Part shown: positions 1 to 9,363 of the stretch, one piece after another
Layout: every line of letters starts with the position of its first letter
Numbering within the stretch: the stretch's first letter is position 1
DNA from: a virus
Taxonomy: Duplodnaviria > Caudoviricetes
Strand: one strand, 5' to 3'
DNA: 64,000 nt
IMG/VR virus record: IMGVR_UViG_2895427314_000003
Location: 1 to 64,000 of that record
Position numbers and translations under genes: made by a program
Notes under the pieces: model-generated
What the model was told of the DNA's origin: nothing
Seen by the model: the letters and a program-made list of their open reading frames with translations, nothing else
The model's database searches: none

Positions 1-1752
1 TTAACCCGCACGCGAGGTAGGGAATTGGAGCACCTCTCCGCGAGCCTCGTACGGAGCGATCGGCTCCCGCTTCCCGTCACGGAACGGAGCCAGCAACTCA
101 TCCAAGATCTTGACGGGCGAGTGGAGACCGAACCACGCTCGCCGCGCAAGCGCGTCCTGCCACAGCCGCTCCAGTTGCTCCCGCAGCCACGCCCGCGACT
201 CCCGCGACACGTGCGTGTAGGTTCCGCGCATTCCTCGCATCTCCGGCGAGGCGTGCCCCATCCGGTCGTCGCGAAGCTGCAGAGGCGTCCCTAGATCCAT
301 CAGCCACGTGCTGTGCGCATGCCGGAGATCGTGAGGCCTCAACCCTTCCGTGATGGGCGCCCACGACGCCACTGGAGCCTTCTCGGAGACGTACTGCGAA
401 CGGACGAACAGATCCAGGATGGCCTCCCGCGTCAGGTCCCGCGCCTGCTCCACGGGAATGCCCTGCCGGATGGCGAACGCCACCAGGTCCGCCTTCGACG
501 ATGCCGCGTTCACGCCGAGCCCGAGCGGGCGACGCTGGTAGCCAAGTACCCGCGGAGCATCGTACGGATGTCCAGGTACGGCGGCCGGCCACGCCGGAAG
601 CGGGGATCCCGGCCACGGCGTGTCCAGTTCGACCAGGACCGGCTTGTAGGCCACGCCGATCTTCCGGTCCTCCTCGCGGTGCTTCTTCGTACCACGTCTG
701 CCCTTCGACGTCGGGTACCAGCCGTCGGCCGCTGGGTCGAACACGCGGCGGGCGAAGTTGCTGTTGCGGTGATGACCGGCACGCTCACCCAGGAAGACGA
801 ACGCGCCACCGCCCTGGCACGGCTGCTCGTCCTGGCCCTCGATCGTGACCGGCTTGCAGCGGCACCGCTGATCCGGATGGGCGGCGATCTGCCGGTTCAG
901 CAATTCCTGTAGAAACGGAGGCAGATCCACGTCCCGGTTGGAGTCGTCCTTCGGTGGACCGAGGTAGAACTTGCCGCCGTCCTCGATGAGCTGCCAGTCG
1001 ACGCGAAGCCTGCCGAGCTTCACGTACTCGCGCTGCAAGCCGATCCCCTCGCCGTACCGCAGCGCGCCGAAGGCGAGGGTGACGCCGAAGATGAACTCGT
1101 CGTCCCGCCCGGACAGGACACCCATCCGCTCGCACAGGCACATGGCCTCGAACGGCGTGATGGCGGTCTTCTCCCTGCCGCGGCCGGCTGTACCGACACC
1201 GGAGCGGCGGCCTCGGTGGCGCTGCCGCAGCGCGGGGTTGCTGCCAATGAGTCCTTCAGTGACGGCGTCGCCCAGCAGCGTCGCGAGCCGGGTGCGGGCG
1301 CCGGAGGCGACTCCGTCACGCGCGTACCCAGCTCGGATCATGCGCTGTTCCCAGGTGTTGACGTCACTGGCCTTGATGTCGCTGAGTGCCGTCTCGCCCC
1401 ACTCGGGCAGTACGTGGGCTCGGAACAGGTAGGCGTAGTTGCCCCGGGACCGTAGACCGACATCGAGCCCGGTCCACCAGCGGGCGAACCACTCGTTGAC
1501 GGTGACGCCGGCTTCGTCCGCCTCTTCCGGTTCGGGGGGAGGCTCGGGTTGCTTCTTAGGCTTGCGCCGGTAGTCGGGGGCGAGGCCTCGTTGTTCGAGG
1601 TCTTCCATCCATTCGCCCCAGGCGTCGGCCTCGTCGCCGTCTTTCCAGTACTCGTTTGTGTCTGGGTGGCGGGACTTGGTGCCGATCGTCCCGTCCGCCC
1701 GCTTCCAGCGTGCGACGATCACGCCGTCCTTGCGTACTTGGTGGAACGCCAT
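1..1752 (-). CDS. int: Tyrosine recombinase / phage integrase
   Basis: Box I LRYGE, box II LRPHDLRHAHSTWL, RMGH and catalytic Tyr in GTYTH; N-terminal arm-binding-like and SAM-like (TVNEWFARWW) regions. Confidence 0.95.
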   Translation of the reverse strand: MAFHQVRKDGVIVARWKRADGTIGTKSRHPDTNEYWKDGDEADAWGEWMEDLEQRGLAPDYRRKPKKQPEPPPEPEEADEAGVTVNEWFARWWTGLDVGLRSRGNYAYLFRAHVLPEWGETALSDIKASDVNTWEQRMIRAGYARDGVASGARTRLATLLGDAVTEGLIGSNPALRQRHRGRRSGVGTAGRGREKTAITPFEAMCLCERMGVLSGRDDEFIFGVTLAFGALRYGEGIGLQREYVKLGRLRVDWQLIEDGGKFYLGPPKDDSNRDVDLPPFLQELLNRQIAAHPDQRCRCKPVTIEGQDEQPCQGGGAFVFLGERAGHHRNSNFARRVFDPAADGWYPTSKGRRGTKKHREEDRKIGVAYKPVLVELDTPWPGSPLPAWPAAVPGHPYDAPRVLGYQRRPLGLGVNAASSKADLVAFAIRQGIPVEQARDLTREAILDLFVRSQYVSEKAPVASWAPITEGLRPHDLRHAHSTWLMDLGTPLQLRDDRMGHASPEMRGMRGTYTHVSRESRAWLREQLERLWQDALARRAWFGLHSPVKILDELLAPFRDGKREPIAPYEARGEVLQFPTSRAG

Positions 1753-1794
1753 GATGTTCCTTGCGAGGTGAGGGGTTGTCCGGGGGTGCAGGGT

Positions 1795-2595
1795 CTAGCC
1801 CAGCACACAGACGTCCACGAGAGGGTCGAGATCCACGCGGACGAGGCAGTCCCTGCCCGGAGAGGGTTGCGTAGGCGGGGGCTCTGGCGCTTGCGAGGTC
1901 GCTTCTTTTGTCGGCCGTGAGGGGGGTGGCGTTGTCGGCTCAGGCATGGGAGAGGAAGACGTGCGGTTCGGGCGCGCTTGCTCCCTCTCGCTCGGCTCGC
2001 TCGACGCGGCTGGCCGTGGAGATTCGGTGGTTCGTGTCGGGGCGGGAGAGGAGGACGGCGGTGCGCTGGCTGGGGATGACCGTGGCGGAGGTGGTTGTCC
2101 GCTGGACGAAGGGGCCGTTGAGGGCGGCAGGGCAGACGAGGAGAGGGCACCCCGGGGCGGCAGGCTGTCGGGCGACCTCGTGGAGCGTGCCGCCGGCGTC
2201 TGCTTGGCCGGGGGTTCCTTGGGCGCCGCTGTCACGGTGACTGCAGGTCGGGGAGGGAGGGTGACGGTGCGCTGGGCGACTATCGGCGGGTGCGGAGACC
2301 TGTCTTTTGTCATGTCCGTTACTGCGGCGGTGGCAGCGGAAGCGACTGTCGCGGATCCTGCTACGAGCAGGACCACATTTCGTTTTGAGGATCGCCGCAC
2401 CCATTCGAGAAGTGAGCCAAGGGTGATGGTACCGAGCCACACGATGAGCCTTTTGATCGACTTTCTGGCGGTTGGGTCATCGAGGTTAACGATCAGAATG
2501 AGCTGATCTTCGTCGAGTTCGACCGACATGGCGGCGATCTCAGGCTCTAATCGCTGCCGTCGGTACTCCTGAACGTTTTCGGGATCATCGTTCAC
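1795..2595 (-). CDS. Membrane-anchored Pro/Ser/Thr-rich protein
   Basis: Hydrophobic segments (LIVWLGTITLG, VVLLVAGSATVASAA) followed by a long low-complexity P/S/T tail and terminal CLVRVDLDPLVDVCVLG. Confidence 0.7.
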   Translation of the reverse strand: MNDDPENVQEYRRQRLEPEIAAMSVELDEDQLILIVNLDDPTARKSIKRLIVWLGTITLGSLLEWVRRSSKRNVVLLVAGSATVASAATAAVTDMTKDRSPHPPIVAQRTVTLPPRPAVTVTAAPKEPPAKQTPAARSTRSPDSLPPRGALSSSALPPSTAPSSSGQPPPPRSSPASAPPSSSPAPTRTTESPRPAASSEPSEREQARPNRTSSSPMPEPTTPPPSRPTKEATSQAPEPPPTQPSPGRDCLVRVDLDPLVDVCVLG

Positions 2596-2971
2596 GACGG
2601 GACTCCCGCGCCCTGATTGCGGTATCGCGTAGGCACCTCCAGACGGCGGCTTCCCTTGCAGGTGCCCGCCTGCCTGACGCGTGCAAGATGGCCCGCAGGG
2701 TCATGCCGTCATACTGGACGACCAGGAGTCGTTCCCCTTCGCCAGATCGCATCACTCTGCTGATCTCGGCCTGGGCGTGGGCGTCGTTCTCGGCGGCGAT
2801 GACTTGCTGTTCGAGGCGGTCGCGTTCAAGGAACGCTCGCGCCAATTCCGCAGCGAGTACTTCCTCGCGTGCTGTGGACTGCCGGCGAAGTAGCCGCAAC
2901 GCCCTTCTGATCAAACTGTCGTACGACGATTCTCCGTTCGATGACACTTCGTTCTTCCGTGGGGACGCCAA
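2585..2971 (-). CDS. Hypothetical protein
   Basis: TTG start with strong GGGGAGGTG RBS; overlaps the next gene. Confidence 0.65.
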   Translation of the reverse strand: MASPRKNEVSSNGESSYDSLIRRALRLLRRQSTAREEVLAAELARAFLERDRLEQQVIAAENDAHAQAEISRVMRSGEGERLLVVQYDGMTLRAILHASGRRAPAREAAVWRCLRDTAIRARESRRER

Positions 2972-3145
2972 AACGCCCGCACCTCCCCAAGATGTGCTGG
3001 TGTTTTTATCCCTCGCCGTTATGAGCTGTCGGGACCCTTATATGACGCCTATTCACGTTATGGGGTCCATATCCCCTGGCGGATCGTATTCATTCTGTGA
3101 CAATCCGCTGCAGAGATGTCCGACTTTGTTATAACTTAGGAGCCC

Positions 3146-3634
3146 CTAAGCGCCCTTTCGATCTTCCGTGTCGCGGTCGATTTCCTCCCGGTCGGCGCGA
3201 CGTTCGGCCGCGAGGGCGTCGACCTTCTCATGCAGGAGGCGGAGATCGCGATGTACGGCAGCCATCGCCGCAAGGATCATCGACTCTCGCGGCGAGGGGT
3301 CCGTGATGTTGGCGATGTCTATCGGAGCCTCGGGTGAGTGCACCTCTTGGATGTTGTCGCGATCGGCACCCTCGGTCGCATCTCGGGGGTACACGGTGTC
3401 GATCAGTTCGTCGGGTCCTATGCCCAAGTGGGCGTAGTGCTCGGCGAGCGCCTCCCCGAGAGCCTTCAAGCTCTCGGGCTTGGGTTTGCTCGATCCGGAC
3501 TTCCAGCGACTGAGCTGGGACTGGTCCATGGGGACGAGTGCGGCGAGTTGGACTTGAGGTAGCCCGGTGTCCCGCAAGATTTGGTCGATCAGTTCGCGGA
3601 AGCGGTCAACGGGCCAACTTGGCGACTTGACCAT
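3146..3634 (-). CDS. XRE-family HTH immunity repressor
   Basis: LPQVQLAALVPMDQSQLSRWKSGSSKP HTH; divergent from cro; start chosen at the leaderless ATG 3634. Confidence 0.88.
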   Translation of the reverse strand: MVKSPSWPVDRFRELIDQILRDTGLPQVQLAALVPMDQSQLSRWKSGSSKPKPESLKALGEALAEHYAHLGIGPDELIDTVYPRDATEGADRDNIQEVHSPEAPIDIANITDPSPRESMILAAMAAVHRDLRLLHEKVDALAAERRADREEIDRDTEDRKGA

Positions 3635-3670
3635 GTACAAGAGCATAGGGCCATGCGCATGCTCCGTCCA
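3632..3670 (-). promoter_or_regulatory. Leaderless repressor promoter with operators
   Basis: TGGACG(3670-65)-N17-TATGCT(3647-42)-N7-ATG; palindromes CATGCGCATG (3652-61) and CATGTACAAG (3632-41). Confidence 0.6.
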
Positions 3671-3776
3671 CCTTGCATATGTGCATAATCCCATGTCAGC
3701 GCTATATCTCTTGCGCCACACTCATAACACCAGTTCTTACGGCCTAGACCGTTCCAGGTCAATCCCAGGTCATGTC

Positions 3777-3816
3777 TTGCGTTGCGCCATGTACATGAGT
3801 AGCGTCTATGTACATG
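3777..3816 (+). promoter_or_regulatory. Early lytic (cro) promoter with operators
   Basis: TTGCGT(3777-82)-N17-TAGCGT(3800-05); palindromes CATGTACATG (3788-97) and TATGTACATG (3807-16). Confidence 0.65.
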
Positions 3817-4068
3817 AGCCAAGGAGCCACTATCCGGCTACGCCAAGGAGCTGGTGAACGCCTCAAGCGTGTGTTCGACTGCACCACCAACACACAGGTC
3901 GCCGAGTCCATCGGAGTGGACCAGGGGCACTACAGCCGAGTCCTCAACGGAAGGGCAGACCCTGGCCCCTATTTCCAGGGCAATCTGCTTCTCGCCGCAC
4001 GTGATCACGGACTCACGTTCGACGACCTCTTCGAGGTTGTCGAGCTGGAGGAACGGAAGTCGGCATGA
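3814..4068 (+). CDS. Cro-like HTH regulator
   Basis: TNTQVAESIGVDQGHYSRVLNGRADP HTH, divergent from the repressor (alternative start 3808). Confidence 0.85.
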   Translation: MSQGATIRLRQGAGERLKRVFDCTTNTQVAESIGVDQGHYSRVLNGRADPGPYFQGNLLLAARDHGLTFDDLFEVVELEERKSA

Positions 4069-4412
4069 CTCCGCCCGTCCTGCACAACGCCGAAGCGGCC
4101 GGCAAGAAGGTCGGCAAGAGCGCGAGCTGGATGTACAAGGCGGGGGCTGCGGGTCTGATCCCGCGTACGAAGATCGGCGGCCAGGTCTGGTGGACCGACG
4201 AACAGATCGCCGAGATCATCCGCAACGGCGCTCAGCAGCCGAAGCAGCAGCCCAAGCCGGCCGAGGTGCCCACGCGCACTCAGCGGCGTGAACCGCAGCG
4301 GCCTGGGCGGAAGACGCCGCAGAAGCGACCCGCCGCGCCGCCCACGAACTCCAACATCCCGGTCGCAGACCGCAGCGTGAGCCGCCTGTACAGGAACGAG
4401 GGCGCGGCATGA
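4065..4412 (+). CDS. Excisionase/AlpA-like winged HTH protein
   Basis: AEAAGKKVGKSASWMYK...LIPRTKIGGQVWWTDEQI pattern; position immediately after cro. Confidence 0.7.
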   Translation: MTPPVLHNAEAAGKKVGKSASWMYKAGAAGLIPRTKIGGQVWWTDEQIAEIIRNGAQQPKQQPKPAEVPTRTQRREPQRPGRKTPQKRPAAPPTNSNIPVADRSVSRLYRNEGAA

Positions 4413-4528
4413 CCGCCGTCGAGTGCTGGGGTGCCTTCCTGATGACGCTCGGCTTGTCCGTGCGCGTCTCGGAACTCACCGCCATCGACGACTGCGAGTA
4501 CGTCGGCAAGCACCACCGCAAGCCCTGA
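4409..4528 (+). CDS. Small hypothetical protein (39 aa)
   Basis: ATGA overlap; MTAVECWGAFLM...KHHRKP. Confidence 0.5.
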   Translation: MTAVECWGAFLMTLGLSVRVSELTAIDDCEYVGKHHRKP

Positions 4529-4535
4529 CAAGGCT

Positions 4536-4569
4536 GCGGGCCCGGCAAATCTCACCCTGCCGGACCCGC
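4536..4569 (+). terminator. GC-rich hairpin (terminator or processing site)
   Basis: GCGGGCCCGGCA-N10-TGCCGGACCCGC, 7 nt after a stop codon, no U-tract. Confidence 0.5.
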
Positions 4570-4615
4570 TGATCCCCGCTCACGAGCACTGACTGATCGA
4601 AGAGAGCGAGAACTG

Positions 4616-5143
4616 ATGACCACGGTATACGACCCGTTCGGCCTCGCCGAGTTCGCCGTCGAGATCCGCGACGGAGAGACGCTGATCGGCCGCACCGAGC
4701 CCAGCCGGAACGCCGACGACGCCAAGCAGGCGTTCCGCAAACTGAACTTCTCCTACCCGGACTCACGCATCGTGTGGCGCCGCGACCCCCTCGACGAGTG
4801 GGACGCCATCACCGACGACGCGATCAACCGCATCGCCTACCAGCGGACCGCGACCATCCTGATGTCCCTTATCGGGGAGGGGCTGGCGAACGTTAATTGG
4901 TCGCTCAGCGCCACCCACCCCAACCAGGTCGATGGCCACCTGGTCCGCGAGGACGACCCCCGTGAGGCGCTCAAGCGGTACGCGGTCCTGCTGGGGTGCG
5001 AGGTGACCGAGAGGCCGCACCTGCACGGCAAGGTGCAGATCGCGGTCGAGGGCACCTACTGCGGCTTGACCGTCAAGGTGTGGGACCTGGTCGATCCCGT
5101 TGCGGACGAGAGCGGCGACGAGCCTGCCGAGGTGGCGTCGTGA
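4616..5143 (+). CDS. Hypothetical protein
   Basis: RBS, phage-like composition, GTGA overlap with the next gene. Confidence 0.75.
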   Translation: MTTVYDPFGLAEFAVEIRDGETLIGRTEPSRNADDAKQAFRKLNFSYPDSRIVWRRDPLDEWDAITDDAINRIAYQRTATILMSLIGEGLANVNWSLSATHPNQVDGHLVREDDPREALKRYAVLLGCEVTERPHLHGKVQIAVEGTYCGLTVKVWDLVDPVADESGDEPAEVAS

Positions 5144-5277
5144 CGCACGTGCTGCCCCCTGAGCCCGAGGACGTGGCCCGGCAGATCGACCACTACGAGT
5201 ACTCCAAGCGGAAGCTGCGGTGGTTGTACGCGGAGGAAGTGAAGGTTGCTGAGCAGCGCGGGGAGGTGCCCGCGTGA
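5140..5277 (+). CDS. Small hypothetical protein
   Basis: GTGA overlaps at both ends (MTHVLPPEPEDVARQIDHYEY...). Confidence 0.6.
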   Translation: MTHVLPPEPEDVARQIDHYEYSKRKLRWLYAEEVKVAEQRGEVPA

Positions 5278-5684
5278 GCGCCCCGAGACTTCTGGTCGGC
5301 GCCCGCCCGTCCGTGGTGGAGGTGGCCGTCCTGCGCGTGCCCGCCGGCGCGGTCGCGGTGGTGGAGCACCCCTCCGGCCAGGTGCGCGACTACGAGCCGC
5401 AACTGGACGTTGAGCAGTACGCGGCGATCCCCGGCAGCCGAGACGTGCTCGGCTGGGGCGTGGGCGTCGCCTGGTACTCGTCCCTCGCCGGGATCCGGAA
5501 CGGGCGGCTGCGGATGGACCGGGACGCCTGGCATGAGGCCGCAAGGCTGTTGCGGTCGGAGCCGGTCGTCTACATCCGGCACGAGAAGCAGCTCTACCAC
5601 GGGTCGTGGCGGTGGACCGCCGTTGAGGCGTCCAGCGAGCCGGTGACTGCCCGTCTCGCTGAGAAGGCGGAGGCGACGACATGA
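5274..5684 (+). CDS. Hypothetical protein
   Basis: Overlap chain with GGAGG RBS. Confidence 0.7.
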   Translation: MSAPRLLVGARPSVVEVAVLRVPAGAVAVVEHPSGQVRDYEPQLDVEQYAAIPGSRDVLGWGVGVAWYSSLAGIRNGRLRMDRDAWHEAARLLRSEPVVYIRHEKQLYHGSWRWTAVEASSEPVTARLAEKAEATT

Positions 5685-5977
5685 ACCGCAACCCGCAGGA
5701 CTACGGAACCTTCGAAGTGCGCCGGACCCTCACCCGCCCGGACGGGTCCGCCGATGTAGTGGTGGCCTACATCAAGCCGGGCAAGCGGGGCCGCACCTAC
5801 TCCTCCTACCGCCACCAGGCGGGCGGCGCATGGCTGTCCCTGAACGAGTCATGGACCGACCTGGAGCGGGCGGTCGCCGAGACGCCCGGACTGCAGCAGG
5901 GCGAACCGCTGCATACGCCCGAGCTGTTGCGGCTCTTGACCGCAGCGCTCGCTTCACCGGCGGGAGTGACCTCATGA
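5681..5977 (+). CDS. Hypothetical protein
   Basis: ATGA overlap chain. Confidence 0.7.
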   Translation: MNRNPQDYGTFEVRRTLTRPDGSADVVVAYIKPGKRGRTYSSYRHQAGGAWLSLNESWTDLERAVAETPGLQQGEPLHTPELLRLLTAALASPAGVTS

Positions 5978-6354
5978 CGGCCTTCGCTAACGCCCACGCT
6001 GGCGACCTCATCGAGTTGCACCGCATCTACGTCCACTTGAACGCCCACTCGGAGGACTGGAGCAAGCCACTCCGGCTGGCCACCGAGCCCGCTCCGTGTG
6101 GCGGCCCGTTCTCCTGCCGGGCGCTGGTGTGCGAGGCCCGCACCCCTGACGGTCGGCGGGTGTGGTTGCACCGTCTGCCGCACCGGGAGATCGACGTCCT
6201 GGAGTCCGCCTCGGAGCTGGCCGCCCATGAGGGCGAAGACCTGGCCGAGAACGCGAAGCCGGCGTGGCAGCCGTGGACCGATCCTGACTTCCGCCGCGAG
6301 CAGGCGGACTACAGCGACGACACCCCCAACGACGAGGGAGACGAGCAGCAGTGA
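5974..6354 (+). CDS. Hypothetical protein
   Basis: ATGA overlap chain. Confidence 0.7.
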   Translation: MTAFANAHAGDLIELHRIYVHLNAHSEDWSKPLRLATEPAPCGGPFSCRALVCEARTPDGRRVWLHRLPHREIDVLESASELAAHEGEDLAENAKPAWQPWTDPDFRREQADYSDDTPNDEGDEQQ

Positions 6355-7295
6355 CGCTACCCACGCCAACGGGGCGCTTCATCGGCCGATGGGAGAGCAG
6401 CACGCCCGAATGGGACGCCGCCCGCGCTCAGCGGCTCGGCGGATCCAGGATCGCGGCATTGCTTGGCCTGTCCCCGTGGGAGTCCCCGTACTCGGTGTGG
6501 TGCCTGATGGCGGGCCTGGTCCAGAAGGACACCCAGACCAAGGAGCAGGCTCGCGGCCACTACCTGGAGTCCGGGATCGCGGCATGGTTCGCCGACCAGC
6601 ACCCCGAGTACGAGGTTCGCGAGGCCGGCACGTACGTGCACGCCGAGCGGGACTACCAGCTCGCGAACCCGGACCGGCTCCTGCTCGGCATGCCCGGCCA
6701 CTTCCCTGAGCCGGGCGTGCGGGCAGGACTGGAGTTGAAGACCGACGCTGAGGCGTCCGGGTGGGGGAATCCCGGCACGGACGAGATCCCGGCCTACTAC
6801 CGGCCACAAGTCCAGTGGTACATGGACACGCTCGGCCTGGACGTCTGGTACGTGGTCGTCCTGACGGGGCGGCTGGAGTTCCGCGAGTACGTCGTCCGCT
6901 ACGACCCTCTCGACTGTACGTGGATGCGCGACCAGGCCGAGGACTTCCTGTCGTCGCTGTACTGGCGGGAGATGCCGGACCTGGACCACCACCCGGCCAC
7001 GTACGCCGCAGTACGCAAACTGCACCCGGACATCGACAAGGACACGTCGTTCGTGGCGGACCTGGATTTGGCGGTCGAGTTCATCGACGCCACGACCAGC
7101 CTGGCCGAGGCGCAGGAGCGCGAACAGAAGGTCCGAGCCCGCCTGCTTGAGGCGATGGGGTCCGCGCACCGCGCCTACTACGACGGGCGCCGTCTGGCCC
7201 GCAGGCAGGCCAAAGGCGGTGGGACGCCGTTCCTGGTCGCCGAAAAGAAGCTCCCTGACCTTTCCGACCTACTTCTACGAGGAGTTGCGGCATGA
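6351..7295 (+). CDS. YqaJ-like viral recombinase exonuclease (lambda-Exo family)
   Basis: EWDAARAQRLGGSRIAALLGLSPWESP, GHYLES, ANPDRL, LELKT, QVQWYM motifs; adjacent to the annealase. Confidence 0.93.
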   Translation: MTLPTPTGRFIGRWESSTPEWDAARAQRLGGSRIAALLGLSPWESPYSVWCLMAGLVQKDTQTKEQARGHYLESGIAAWFADQHPEYEVREAGTYVHAERDYQLANPDRLLLGMPGHFPEPGVRAGLELKTDAEASGWGNPGTDEIPAYYRPQVQWYMDTLGLDVWYVVVLTGRLEFREYVVRYDPLDCTWMRDQAEDFLSSLYWREMPDLDHHPATYAAVRKLHPDIDKDTSFVADLDLAVEFIDATTSLAEAQEREQKVRARLLEAMGSAHRAYYDGRRLARRQAKGGGTPFLVAEKKLPDLSDLLLRGVAA

Positions 7296-8260
7296 CCGTG
7301 ACTGACAACCTGCCCGCCGTGCAGGGCAGTGGTGCGCTGGCGATCCAGCCCACCCAGTCCATGTTCAACGCCGAACAGCGGGCCGTCCTGGCGAGCATGG
7401 GCGTGGACCACGAGTGCACCAACGCCGAGCTGGCCGGGTTCATCCACCTGTGCCAGCGGCGCGACCTGGACCCGTTCCTCAAGCAGGTGTATCTGATCGG
7501 CCGCTATGACAAGCGGGCCGGCCGGAAGGTGTTCACGCCACAGACCGGGATCGACGGCTTCCGGGTGATCGCTCGCCGGGCGGCGGACAAGTCCGGCATC
7601 GACTACGAGTACGAGGACACCGTCTGGTTCGACGCTGATGGCGCCCAACACGAGGTGTGGCTGACTGAGCAGCCGCCGGTCGCGGCGAAGGTCGTCGTCC
7701 TGCGCAACGGCAAGCGGTTCTCCGGGGTGGCCCGCTTCGCCGCCTACGTGGACCGGGACCGGGACGGCAACCCGAAGGCTCTGTGGAAGACCAGCCCGGA
7801 CGGCCAAATCGAAAAGTGCGCCGAAGCCAAGGCGCTACGCCGCGCTTTCCCCGAGGACCTGGGCGGCATGTACAGCGACGTCGAGATGGAGCACCTCGAC
7901 GACGAGACGCCGCGCGAGACGATCCAGGGCCAGACCATCCGCGAAACTGTCGCTGCGCAGAACGGCGACGCCGAGCAGGCCGACGGCATGTCCGCCAAGA
8001 GGCAGCGCAACCAGATCGTGCTGCTGCTGTCGAAGAATGGCATCACGTCGCCCGACTTGGCGCTCGTCTACATGTCCAAGGCTGCCGACCGGGAGATTGC
8101 CAAGCCTGAGGATCTGACCGGCGCAGAGGCCGCCCAGGTGATGGTGGCGCTCAACCGAGGCGACTTCCTCGACGAGCCGCCGTTCACCAGGTCGGCCGAG
8201 GACAACCCGCTCGACCACAGCGAGGACGAGGCCGCCGACTCTGAGGGCGGCCAGTCATGA
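7292..8260 (+). CDS. bet: RecT/Bet single-strand annealing protein
   Basis: LCQRRDLDPFLKQVYLI, QTGIDGFRVIARR, W...P..QIEKCAEAKALRRAFPEDLGGMY. Confidence 0.92.
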   Translation: MTVTDNLPAVQGSGALAIQPTQSMFNAEQRAVLASMGVDHECTNAELAGFIHLCQRRDLDPFLKQVYLIGRYDKRAGRKVFTPQTGIDGFRVIARRAADKSGIDYEYEDTVWFDADGAQHEVWLTEQPPVAAKVVVLRNGKRFSGVARFAAYVDRDRDGNPKALWKTSPDGQIEKCAEAKALRRAFPEDLGGMYSDVEMEHLDDETPRETIQGQTIRETVAAQNGDAEQADGMSAKRQRNQIVLLLSKNGITSPDLALVYMSKAADREIAKPEDLTGAEAAQVMVALNRGDFLDEPPFTRSAEDNPLDHSEDEAADSEGGQS

Positions 8261-8694
8261 CGGACGTCTTCCAGCGCAGCGAGGCCGGGTTCCAGTTCAT
8301 CTCCGAGGACGCCGTCCTCACCCCCGCGGACACGGACGTGTATCTGAAGCGGCTCAACAACGAACTGGCCCGCGCCCAGCTCAACCTGATGAGGGCCCGG
8401 GACGCTGAGGTCACCGCTGAGCGGGCGTTCCTGGAGGCCCGCACCGCCTACCTGTTCGCGACCAGCGAGGAGCCGCCCGAGGTGGGCCGCAAGGCCGGCC
8501 AGGTGACGCAGAAGCAGGCCGACGAGTGGTACGCGGTCCGCATCTCGAAGGAGTACTGGGCTTTCCGGGAGGCGAAGGTCATCCGGCAGAACGCCTCCGA
8601 CTACGTGTGGCAGGTCAAGACGCAGGTCGAAGTGATGCGTTCGTTGAACGTCAACGCGAAGGCGCTGTATGACACGCCGGGGCGTGGCCGATGA
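8257..8694 (+). CDS. Hypothetical helical protein
   Basis: Overlap chain; coiled-coil-like sequence. Confidence 0.75.
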   Translation: MTDVFQRSEAGFQFISEDAVLTPADTDVYLKRLNNELARAQLNLMRARDAEVTAERAFLEARTAYLFATSEEPPEVGRKAGQVTQKQADEWYAVRISKEYWAFREAKVIRQNASDYVWQVKTQVEVMRSLNVNAKALYDTPGRGR

Positions 8695-9236
8695 AGACGC
8701 GCGTGCAGTCCTGCTGCAACAAGGAGACGTTCGCCAACGAGGCGGAGGCCCGCCGGCGGCTGGACCGCATGCACGCCCTCGGGGTGCGGAGCGTTCTGCC
8801 GTTCGACGTGGAGTTGTGCCGCAACGGCTGGCACCTGAAGTTCCCGCAGCCGAACTCCGGACCGTCCACCAAGCTGCGGGCGCTGGTGGAGGCCCGCGAC
8901 AACGGGTGTGTCCGCTGCGGTGCCCAGGTGCCCCGCGACGAGGATTCCATCCACCACCGGATCCCGCGAGGCCGCGGCGGCGAGAACACCGCCGAAAACC
9001 TCCTCCTGCTGTGCGGCAGCGGCGTGACGGGCTGCCATGGGTGGGTCGAAAGGCGCCGCACCGAGGCCTACAACCACGGCTACCTGGTGCGGACCGGCTT
9101 CGACCCGCTGGACGTGCCCGTTCTGCTGCGCGGCACCACGTGGGCGTACCCGAGCCCGGACGGTAAGTGGGTCATTTCCGGCCACGTCGCCGATCCGCAC
9201 GGCTCCCCTTCCGACCTTCCTGAGGAGACGACGTGA
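8691..9236 (+). CDS. HNH endonuclease
   Basis: ARDNGCVRCG...SIHHRIPRGRGGENTAENLLLLCGSGVTGCHGWVE. Confidence 0.9.
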   Translation: MKTRVQSCCNKETFANEAEARRRLDRMHALGVRSVLPFDVELCRNGWHLKFPQPNSGPSTKLRALVEARDNGCVRCGAQVPRDEDSIHHRIPRGRGGENTAENLLLLCGSGVTGCHGWVERRRTEAYNHGYLVRTGFDPLDVPVLLRGTTWAYPSPDGKWVISGHVADPHGSPSDLPEETT

Positions 9237-9363
9237 GCATGCCTACCCCGAAGTGGAGCCGGAGGCTGCCTGTCCTCCGCGGTCCTGGCCGTGCTGACCG
9301 TCGTGGCTGCCGCCGCTGTGGTCGCGGCCCTCATCGTCTACCTCGCCGCCTAGGAGATCTCCG

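Noticed and set aside
1-30. attL core
   Set aside because: The window starts at the integrase stop codon; no flanking host sequence or second att copy is available to define it
9233-9352. TM-helix reading frame (LSSAVLAVLTVVAAAAVVAALIVYLAA)
   Set aside because: No convincing start codon or RBS in that frame; could be a frameshifted remnant but cannot be supported
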